Assembly (NCBI GenBank): GCA_000433675.1 | Contig: FR893564.1 | Location: 52,660-116,659 of the forward strand | Direction: 5' to 3' | Length of the DNA: 64,000 nucleotides | Origin: Clostridium sp. CAG:433 | Lineage (GTDB): Bacteria > Bacillota_I > Bacilli_A > RF39 > UBA660 | Part shown: positions 9,079 through 18,888 of the stretch, piece after piece | Position numbering within the stretch: position 1 is the stretch's first letter | Layout of the letters: every line of letters starts with the position of its first letter | The notes under the pieces: generated by a model | Told to the model about the DNA's origin: nothing | The model's input: the letters and a program-made list of their open reading frames with translations, nothing else | Databases searched by the model: none | Made by a program: the position numbers and the translations under genes

Positions 9079-10888
9079 AAATAATTTAAATAAGAAAGTA
9101 AAAAAATCTAGTATATTAAAAAGTAAAGTTGGCAAAAATTTAATAGAAATTGCTATTGGAGGAACAGTTGTCTTAACTTTATTTTCTCAATTAACAAATA
9201 TTAAACCTAATGAAATTACTCCAAGAGAAGAATATACAATTTCTCAAATTAATCCAGATAAAATAGAAATAAATGATGATACATATTCTATTACTTATTC
9301 AAATCTTGAGGTACTTGATGGGGTAGTTCTTCCAAATGATATAACAGATTTAGATTTGAGATCAAATCTATTACATGATATAAGTGGTATCAAAAATACT
9401 GATAAAATAGAATGGTTAGATATTGAAAATAATTCTATTGACTCTATTGATTTATCAAAATACCCTAGTTTAGAAAATTTACGTATAGAAGGAAATTACA
9501 ATTTATATACAGAAGATTTAGTAAAATATTGTGAATCAAAAAATATATTTTTAGATATTTCAATGAATGACGTTAATAATGTTGAAGTAATAAAAGGGTA
9601 TTTAAATCAATTAGATATTGCTGATAAGAGTGATTTAGAAAAAGAAAGAATAATATACAAATTTGTATTAGATCATATGGAATATGATAAAAAGGCTTTG
9701 AAGGATGATAACTTAGCTTATAAATATAATGATGAAGTACTTGAAAGTGCAATATCAGGAAAAGGGGTATGTGTTAATTATTGTGCATTATTTAATGTAA
9801 TGTGTGAATTATCCGGAATAAATTCTTTTGAAGTTGATGGATATCTTAAATCAACATTTGGTGCTGGTGGACAACATGCTTGGAATATGGTAGAAATCGA
9901 CGGACAATATTTATTTTGTGATTCAACAAATAGTGATAATTATTCAGGGCACTTTTTTTATAATATTGATGAATTATTTGGAAAAAACTTTGATTCTAAA
10001 TTTAATAAAAAAGATTTAAATTCTATTGGTGTTAAATATCAGGAATATTCAGTTGATAATTACGATTATAAAAATCATAAATTGAGTAAGGACGATAAAA
10101 AATATGAAAAAGAAATAGTGGCAAAAAATAGTACAGTTCTTCATCGTGAAGAATCAAAATACAATGATATGCTTAATAATTATAAAAAATCTGATAAATT
10201 TGATAAGATGATTGATAAAATAATAGAAAAAAAGAATCAAGTAGTAAATTCAATAGATTTAACGAGTGAAAATGCAATTAATGTATATAAATATTTAATG
10301 CTTAGTTTAGGTGTTGGTTCAGCAATTTTACTAGGTAAAAAAAGTAAAGATAAAATAGAAAAAAATATAAAGGAAAATAAAATCAAAAAAGAAAAAGTAA
10401 AACCTGTTAGAGTAAAAAAGGATTTTTTAGATAAAATAAAAGTTGCAAAAAAACAAAAAGAACTAAAAAAAGAACAATCTGAAATTAAAGAAAAAGAAAA
10501 CGTTGTTTTCAATAATCCTAAGATTGATTCTAAAAATGAACCTACATTTGAAAATAATGTTGATTATTACAATGAACTTAAACAGAGTATTGATTATATG
10601 TTACAGGTAGAAAAAAGTATGACAAATAATAGTTTTGTTATTAATAAAACACTTGATGAAGAATTAGAATATTATTTATCTACAATGAATATGTCACCAC
10701 AAGAAAGAGCTTTAACTTCGTTAGTTAGAGATTCAATATTGCCATATGAAATTCCTATTGAGAAGATGACACAAGTTCAAAGAGATTCATTAAAAGCACA
10801 AATTCGATTAGAACAAAATATATCATTATGTATAAAAGAGTTACAAGAACAAGGTTATGAAATTAATACTTCAATAAAAAGAGCATAA
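9065..10888 (+). CDS. leucine-rich-repeat plus transglutaminase-like cysteine protease domain protein with K-rich C-terminal region
   Basis: LRR-like DLRSNLLHDISGIKNTDKIEWLDIENNSIDSIDLS; transglutaminase-core triad context GVCVNYCALF … QHAWNMVEIDGQYLFCDST (Cys/His/Asp); N-terminal TM. Confidence 0.6.
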   Translation: MKINRNNLNKKVKKSSILKSKVGKNLIEIAIGGTVVLTLFSQLTNIKPNEITPREEYTISQINPDKIEINDDTYSITYSNLEVLDGVVLPNDITDLDLRSNLLHDISGIKNTDKIEWLDIENNSIDSIDLSKYPSLENLRIEGNYNLYTEDLVKYCESKNIFLDISMNDVNNVEVIKGYLNQLDIADKSDLEKERIIYKFVLDHMEYDKKALKDDNLAYKYNDEVLESAISGKGVCVNYCALFNVMCELSGINSFEVDGYLKSTFGAGGQHAWNMVEIDGQYLFCDSTNSDNYSGHFFYNIDELFGKNFDSKFNKKDLNSIGVKYQEYSVDNYDYKNHKLSKDDKKYEKEIVAKNSTVLHREESKYNDMLNNYKKSDKFDKMIDKIIEKKNQVVNSIDLTSENAINVYKYLMLSLGVGSAILLGKKSKDKIEKNIKENKIKKEKVKPVRVKKDFLDKIKVAKKQKELKKEQSEIKEKENVVFNNPKIDSKNEPTFENNVDYYNELKQSIDYMLQVEKSMTNNSFVINKTLDEELEYYLSTMNMSPQERALTSLVRDSILPYEIPIEKMTQVQRDSLKAQIRLEQNISLCIKELQEQGYEINTSIKRA

Positions 10889-10899
10889 GCTCTTTTTTA
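10877..10899 (+). terminator. rho-independent terminator overlapping stop codon
   Basis: AAAGAGC-ataa-GCTCTTTTTT. Confidence 0.65.
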
Positions 10900-10927
10900 T
10901 TTGGTTATACTAAAAATGGTGAAGAAT

Positions 10928-11812
10928 ATGAATAATATAATAGTAATTGGTGATTTAAATTATAATTTAAATATTTTTTTAAATACATTTTTAAAAGAAA
11001 ATAATGAGTATACAATAAATAATATAACCAAAAGTATAGGAAATATATTAAATGTACCAATAGTTTTAAGTAAATATGATTTAAATGTATATTATTTTTC
11101 ATGTGTAGGAAATGATATTGAAGGAAAAGAAATAATTAATTTTCTTCATTCAAATAAAATAAAGTCTGATTATGTAAATATATTAAATAAAAAAACAAAT
11201 AATAAATATGTAATTAGAAATACAAAGAATAATTCAAAAACAATTCTTTCTTTAAAAAATAATGATAAATATGAATTAATAAGAAGTATTAATTTTATTC
11301 CAAATGTAGTTTACAGTACAATTTATAATTCAGAGTTTATATTAAATATAAAAAGTAAATTTAGAAGTACAAAGATAATAACTGATTTAAAGGAAATAAG
11401 TGAAGAGTCAATAAAGGTATGTAAATTATCAGACTATGTAATAATTGCACTTAAATATGCACAAGTACTTACAGGAATAAATTTAAATATTGCAAATAAA
11501 AATAGTATAATTGAATTATATAGTAGGACAAAAAGACTATTTTCTGGTAAAATAATAATATATATTGAAGAAGTAGGATGTTTGTTTCAAAATAATAATT
11601 TAATTAGCATAATCCCTAAGATGGGAGATAAAAATAAAGTATCAAAAAGTAGTTATGATATGTTTATTTCTACATTTATATATTGTATTAATAAAGATTA
11701 TACATTAGATAAAACAGTAAAAATATCAACGATATCTAAATTTTTATCAGATAATGGAAAACAAACATTCAATATAAAAGAGGTACTTGATATTTATGAA
11801 AAAAATAATTGA
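10928..11812 (+). CDS. PfkB/ribokinase-like carbohydrate kinase family protein (divergent)
   Basis: IIVIGDLNYN start and CVGNDIEGKEIINFLHSNKIKSDYV resemble the PfkB N-terminus; start codon uncertain (tool ORF begins at a TTG at 10901). Confidence 0.4.
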   Translation: MNNIIVIGDLNYNLNIFLNTFLKENNEYTINNITKSIGNILNVPIVLSKYDLNVYYFSCVGNDIEGKEIINFLHSNKIKSDYVNILNKKTNNKYVIRNTKNNSKTILSLKNNDKYELIRSINFIPNVVYSTIYNSEFILNIKSKFRSTKIITDLKEISEESIKVCKLSDYVIIALKYAQVLTGINLNIANKNSIIELYSRTKRLFSGKIIIYIEEVGCLFQNNNLISIIPKMGDKNKVSKSSYDMFISTFIYCINKDYTLDKTVKISTISKFLSDNGKQTFNIKEVLDIYEKNN

Positions 11813-12065
11813 TCCATTTATAGATTTTTTACCTAGTATAGATTTACATGGTATGGATAGAGTATGTGCTAGAATAAAAACAGAAGAATTTATAAATGAT
11901 AGTATAAAATTAAAAAATAAAAGAGTAGTTATTATTCATGGAATTGGACAAGGAATAGTAAAAGATGAAGTATATAAATGTTTAAGAAGAAATAAGAATG
12001 TTATTAATTTTAAACTTAATGTTCCAAATATTGGAAGTACCACAGTTGATCTAAAAATAGATTAA
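11796..12065 (+). CDS. Smr-domain protein
   Basis: IDLHGM…VVIIHGIGQG…LRRNKNV matches the Smr signature (LDLHG…IHGKG). Confidence 0.6.
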   Translation: MKKIIDPFIDFLPSIDLHGMDRVCARIKTEEFINDSIKLKNKRVVIIHGIGQGIVKDEVYKCLRRNKNVINFKLNVPNIGSTTVDLKID

Positions 12066-12109
12066 CTTTTTTTATATCTATGTTATAATTTTGATGTAAT
12101 GTATGGAAT

Positions 12110-12185
12110 GCTGAAATAGCTCAATTGGTAGAGCAACTGAATCGTAATCAGTAGGTTGCGGGTTCAATTCCTGCTTTCAGCACCA
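12110..12185 (+). tRNA. tRNA-Thr (anticodon CGT)
   Basis: Manual cloverleaf: acceptor GCTGAAA/TTTCAGC, D-arm AGCTCAATTGGTAGAGC, anticodon stem ACTGA/TCAGT with loop ATCGTAA, T-arm GCGGGTTCAATTCCTGC, encoded CCA end. Confidence 0.85.
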
Positions 12186-12252
12186 TTGACGAATCTGTTC
12201 GAACTATTCGAACTTTAAATATATGAATCAATCAGAAATGATTGATTTTTTC
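12181..12252 (+). repeat. direct repeat copy A (tRNA 3' end plus downstream; att site of element 1)
   Basis: caccaTtgacgaatctgttcgaactattcgaactttaaatatatgaatcaatca…tgattgatttttt is repeated almost exactly at 21333-21405. Confidence 0.75.
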
Positions 12253-12258
12253 GTTTTT
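12226..12258 (+). terminator. terminator hairpin downstream of tRNA-Thr
   Basis: AATCAATCA-gaaa-TGATTGATT followed by TTTTTCGTTTTTT. Confidence 0.6.
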
Positions 12259-12279
12259 TGAAAAAATCATAGAAAGGAT

Positions 12280-12558
12280 TTGTCTATGGTAAATATTATT
12301 AAAGAAGAAATTGAAATTGAAGAATCTTTAGAATCGAGGTTAAGAGTAATATGTGATTTTTGTAATACTACACCAATAATAGAAAATGGAAGTATTAGAA
12401 GAATTGATAAAACTAATTTAACTTATATTGAACCACATAGAATATATATTAAAAACAATTTATATCTAGCATTTAATTATTCAAGTGATATATATGTTAA
12501 TAACCTAGGTAAGAAGATTAAATTATCAGAACTTGAAGATTATATAAAACAAGCATAG
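12280..12558 (+). CDS. hypothetical small protein
   Basis: 92-aa ORF inside element 1 between att and recombinase; no motif recognised. Confidence 0.35.
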   Translation: MSMVNIIKEEIEIEESLESRLRVICDFCNTTPIIENGSIRRIDKTNLTYIEPHRIYIKNNLYLAFNYSSDIYVNNLGKKIKLSELEDYIKQA

Positions 12559-12751
12559 GTCTTGACTTTTGAAATAAAAACTATTATTATAAGTAACCAA
12601 TAAATGACAAGCAGTATCCGTCTTTTATTAGAAAGCGAGGTACATCTATGGTCAAATATACAATTCATTTAAATAAAATAAATAATAGAAATATTAGAGG
12701 AGTCAAGAGTATTACTTGTTAGTGCTTTTGTCTCCTCTTTTTTCGTATTAA

Positions 12752-14707
<1,956 letters not shown>

Positions 14708-14867
14708 ACAAACGAACACATTTTGTTGAAATTATATTTCAATGAAAGTGGGAAAAGTTTGTTTCATAAATATAAAAAATAAATAGTATTTAATTTTTAT
14801 ATTTAATAATTATCGTGGTACGTTATGAAATTACATTTGTAATTTTGTAAGTAGCGATAGATAATTA

Positions 14868-14930
14868 TGGATTCTAAGGATTTTATCCTTAGCCCCCGAA
14901 TTTTGGCTTAGCCGAAATACCTAGGGGGTT
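14868..14930 (+). other. candidate oriT (inverted repeats upstream of MobV gene)
   Basis: CTAAGGAT-tttat-CCTTAG hairpin then CCCCC…GGGGG-flanked GC-rich IR in otherwise AT-rich DNA, directly 5' of relaxase gene. Confidence 0.3.
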
Positions 14931-14977
14931 AAACATTTTGGATGAATCCCAAATCGTTTAAAAAGGAGGCACATTTA

Positions 14978-16360
14978 ATGGATAAAGGTATGCCATATTC
15001 ACTACATCTTGGTAGTGATAAGAATAAAAAAAATTCAGTAAGAGCAAGTGCTAAAAATAATGTAAGTGGAACTACTTCTAAAAGTAACAATGCTATTCAA
15101 AATGCTAAACAATTATCAAGAGTTGATAAACATAATTATAGAAAATATGATTATAATCAAGAAGATATTTATATAGTAAAAGGATCTAATTCTCTTTATG
15201 AAGATGTAAAAAAATTATATTTAGATTTATTTGAAGAAGCAAGAATCAAGTATAATGAAAAGCAAAGGGAAACAAGAAAGATTAATGATTATTTTTCTCA
15301 TATATCAGATAATTCTAAAAATGATTTAGCCTGTGAATTTATTATAGAACTTGGAAATAAAAAATATTGGAATACAAAAGATATGAACTTTAAAAAGAAA
15401 ATGACTAATGTTTACAAACAACAAGTAGATGATTTAGAAATGTTAGTTCCTAATTTTAAAATAGCAAGTGCAATTATTCACTTTGATGAATCATCACCAC
15501 ATATGCATATTGTAGGAGTTCCAATTAAAGAAAAAAATAAATATGGTATGGAATTACAAGTTGGTAAATCAGATGTATTTACAAAAGATTCTTTAAAAGT
15601 ATTACAAGATAAAATGAGAATACTTTGTATTGAAGAATTTAATAAAGAATATGGATTAGATAATATTCTTAAAAGAAAACGAAAAGGAAGAAATTATGAT
15701 TATCTTGTTAGTGATATGGATAACTATGTTGAAATGCAAGAAGCAATAGAAAGACATCAAATGAATATTGATAAAGTAAATGAAAGTTCAAAAGAACTAG
15801 AAAAAAATACAAATAATATAAAAGATATAGTTAATGATTTAAAGAACGTTCCTTTATCAAAAAATAATTATATTCTAAAACAAGAAGATAAAGATAAATT
15901 AGAAGATTATTTAGATAGAGTAGATAAAACAAATAATGATTATAAAACTATACATGATTTATCAGTGTCATTAAAAGATATATCTACTGAATTATCAGAA
16001 AGTAAAGAAACAATAAAAATATTACAAGAATCAAATAATGCTTTAGAATTAAGAAATACTAATTTAAAAAATGAAAATGCTAAATTAAAAGAGAAAAATA
16101 AAATACTCCAAAAAGAATTAGATAATATTAAGGAATTATTTGAAAAGATAAAAAATAAACTTAATGATTTATATCATTTCTTTGTTAATAAAATGTGGGG
16201 AGATAACGAAAAAAGAGATAAGTATTATCCCGTTGCTTATGAATTATATAAAAAGAATATTTTAGATGAAGAACAAATGAAAGATATATTAGAAACAAAA
16301 AAAAGATCTACTGAAATAGATAGAGGTTCTAAATCAAAAAATGATGATTTTGAATTATAA
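14978..16360 (+). CDS. MobV/Mob_Pre family relaxase
   Basis: HFDESSPHMHIVGVPI (HxDExxPHxH motif III of MobV relaxases), long C-terminal coiled coil; ATG 14978 has AGGAGG 8 nt upstream. Confidence 0.8.
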   Translation: MDKGMPYSLHLGSDKNKKNSVRASAKNNVSGTTSKSNNAIQNAKQLSRVDKHNYRKYDYNQEDIYIVKGSNSLYEDVKKLYLDLFEEARIKYNEKQRETRKINDYFSHISDNSKNDLACEFIIELGNKKYWNTKDMNFKKKMTNVYKQQVDDLEMLVPNFKIASAIIHFDESSPHMHIVGVPIKEKNKYGMELQVGKSDVFTKDSLKVLQDKMRILCIEEFNKEYGLDNILKRKRKGRNYDYLVSDMDNYVEMQEAIERHQMNIDKVNESSKELEKNTNNIKDIVNDLKNVPLSKNNYILKQEDKDKLEDYLDRVDKTNNDYKTIHDLSVSLKDISTELSESKETIKILQESNNALELRNTNLKNENAKLKEKNKILQKELDNIKELFEKIKNKLNDLYHFFVNKMWGDNEKRDKYYPVAYELYKKNILDEEQMKDILETKKRSTEIDRGSKSKNDDFEL

Positions 16361-16442
16361 TGTAAAATAATTGTATAAAATCATCGTATAAGGTTATGAT
16401 TTTTACATTAAATATGTTATACTAAATAAAAGGGTAGTTGAT

Positions 16443-17336
16443 GTGTTCGTGAAAGTAATTAATGAAGATTTTAACGTGATTGAAACGCCAGCAAATGTAG
16501 AACAAATTATTAATTACATAAAAGATAGTTTAGGAAAAATGAATCTTGATAATAGCATTTTGAATGAGTTATTGTTAAATATGGATAATATAAACATTCA
16601 AATTATTGATGGTGAAACCTATTCTATTAAATTACCTAATGGTTCTTTAAGGCAAAATAAAATTTCAAATGAAGTTGGTGCGCTTAAAACAAATATGGTA
16701 ATAAATGCAAATGATGAAGAATTAAACATAATACCCGGTATAGTAATGAGAAAAAACTTCAATAATCATCAATTAATTCATGAAATTTTACATGGAATAT
16801 CATCTAGACAACATAATTTATATAATGAAGATGGTATTACATATACAAAAACAGGGACAAAAATTGATTATTATGATAACTCATTAAATGATTATCCAAA
16901 TGTAACAAATCTTTCTTCAGAAGGGTTGAATGAAGGTATAACTGAATATCTTACATCATTGTTAACAAATGAGTATAACGGAAATTATGCATCTCAGGTT
17001 GTTATTTCGAGTTTATTTATGACAAGCAATAATAATTTGTTGAATGCATATTTTATGAATGATTGCTCTGGTCTTGAAAAATTTTATGATGATGTCGAGG
17101 AAAAACAAACATTGATTACTAGACAAGATTTTATTAATTTAACATCTAAAGGTTATGATTTTGATTTAATTTCAAAAATTATCGCAGCTGGAATTGAATA
17201 TAATAGAGTACATGGAAAAGAAATGACTGAGGAAAAATTAGGCAGTTTAACACAATATTTAGATAATAATATGATTCTAGACTCAGGTTCATGGAAAGAT
17301 TTGATAGCTAATTATCAAACTAATAAAACTTTGTGA
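16443..17336 (+). CDS. putative zincin-like metallopeptidase (HExxH), paralog family member
   Basis: HEILH motif followed by LNEGITEYL; distant similarity to ORFs at 22980 and 34898. Confidence 0.45.
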   Translation: MFVKVINEDFNVIETPANVEQIINYIKDSLGKMNLDNSILNELLLNMDNINIQIIDGETYSIKLPNGSLRQNKISNEVGALKTNMVINANDEELNIIPGIVMRKNFNNHQLIHEILHGISSRQHNLYNEDGITYTKTGTKIDYYDNSLNDYPNVTNLSSEGLNEGITEYLTSLLTNEYNGNYASQVVISSLFMTSNNNLLNAYFMNDCSGLEKFYDDVEEKQTLITRQDFINLTSKGYDFDLISKIIAAGIEYNRVHGKEMTEEKLGSLTQYLDNNMILDSGSWKDLIANYQTNKTL

Positions 17337-17456
17337 ACTAAGGAAAAATTGAATACTGATTTTGACTATGCAAAAGTAATTGAAGATTAAATTGAAAAAT
17401 GAGGTATTATATATGAATGATAATTTAAAAGATGAAATGTTTGATTATATCAAAAA

Positions 17457-18482
17457 ATGTCAGATGGTGAAAGTGATAGTATTAAAAATATTTATGATAA
17501 ATTTTGCAAAAATAAAATTGAAAAAATAGATTTGTTTAAATTACAAGAGGAAATTGAAAATGAATGTGAAAAGTATGGAATAATATTAGATTATTCTAAA
17601 TATGATAGTGCAATTGTCGGATTGCCTTATGATATTAGTTTTGTAAAAATAAGTAATATAAACAATATAGATAAGGATGTGAATAAAATGGAAGAATTTA
17701 AAATTAATAATAATGTATCTTTTGAAGATGAAGAAACAAAGATAGAATATCAAAAATATTTAGACAAAATAAATGAGTATAATAAAAAAATAGCAAATGG
17801 AGAAACTCCAGAAAAGGATTTATCTTCAATAATGGATGAATTCAAAGGGAAATTTATTGTTAGACCTCAAAATGGAGAACCACAAGTAAAATCAACAAAT
17901 GATTTAGATGATTTGATTAAAAAAATAGATGATAAGTTGAATATACATTCTGAAAATAAATCTATAGACGAGCAAATTAAAGATATTGATGATAGGATAG
18001 CAGATCTTGAAAAAATAGAAAATGATTCTACAAATTTTATTCCTGATTCTTTAAAAGATTTCATTTCATTTGATAGTGAAGGATATGTTTTTCCTAATCA
18101 GAAATTACCGGTTGAACTAGAAATTGAATATGATAATTTTACTCATAATTATTATAATAGTGAAGAAAATAAAATTGTTAATAGCATTGTGAATAAAATT
18201 GTTGAACTACCATATAATGTAGAAACAACAATTGCTCAATTAATAAACTATAATCCAAAAGAAGGATTTGTTGATCCTTTGACACAGGGTGTAATTAGTA
18301 ATGCTGTTGAAAAAAAATGCAAAAACAATAATATTAATATAATTGAAATTAGAGATGGTTTTGGCGGATTAGCATATAATTATAAAATTAAAAAAGTTAT
18401 AAATGAATCAAAAGATGATGGAACACCATATGCAAAAGAATATGATAAAATTTATGAAAACACCACTCAAGAAGAGAAATAA
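17457..18482 (+). CDS. hypothetical acidic protein
   Basis: 341-aa ORF; a possible upstream start at 17413 lies in another frame (see findings). Confidence 0.4.
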   Translation: MSDGESDSIKNIYDKFCKNKIEKIDLFKLQEEIENECEKYGIILDYSKYDSAIVGLPYDISFVKISNINNIDKDVNKMEEFKINNNVSFEDEETKIEYQKYLDKINEYNKKIANGETPEKDLSSIMDEFKGKFIVRPQNGEPQVKSTNDLDDLIKKIDDKLNIHSENKSIDEQIKDIDDRIADLEKIENDSTNFIPDSLKDFISFDSEGYVFPNQKLPVELEIEYDNFTHNYYNSEENKIVNSIVNKIVELPYNVETTIAQLINYNPKEGFVDPLTQGVISNAVEKKCKNNNINIIEIRDGFGGLAYNYKIKKVINESKDDGTPYAKEYDKIYENTTQEEK

Positions 18483-18888
18483 GGATATAATAAAATATTA
18501 TTGGATTTAGAAGAAAAGATAGGTATAGATGAAAAATAAAAATAAAAAATAAAAATGGTATTTCCATTTCATTTTCTTTTTGTTATAATTTATATAGGTT
18601 GATTCATATGAATCGTTATTGCCGAGAAAAAGTTGTAGACCTCTACGTCGTCGGCACCAGATTGATAGGAAACTCGAACTATAAAAGATTCGAGTTTTAA
18701 AATACTTAATTTTATGCTTAGGTATTTATAAAATTAAAATAATTATGTCAATTTAGAAAACACACTTGCAAATTGACATACCAATTAGCGTGTGTATACA
18801 TAATTTGAGTAAGAATAATTTATAAATATAAGCATTAAAACTGCAATAAATATGATAAAATATATAACAAAGTTTTGGTGGTGTTATT

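Noticed and set aside
10237-10512. Antisense ORFs (10237..10512 and 10905..11102, minus strand) within the LRR/transglutaminase and PfkB-like genes
   Set aside because: These are F/S/L-rich translations of the antisense strand of AT-rich coding DNA, typical of spurious ORFs.
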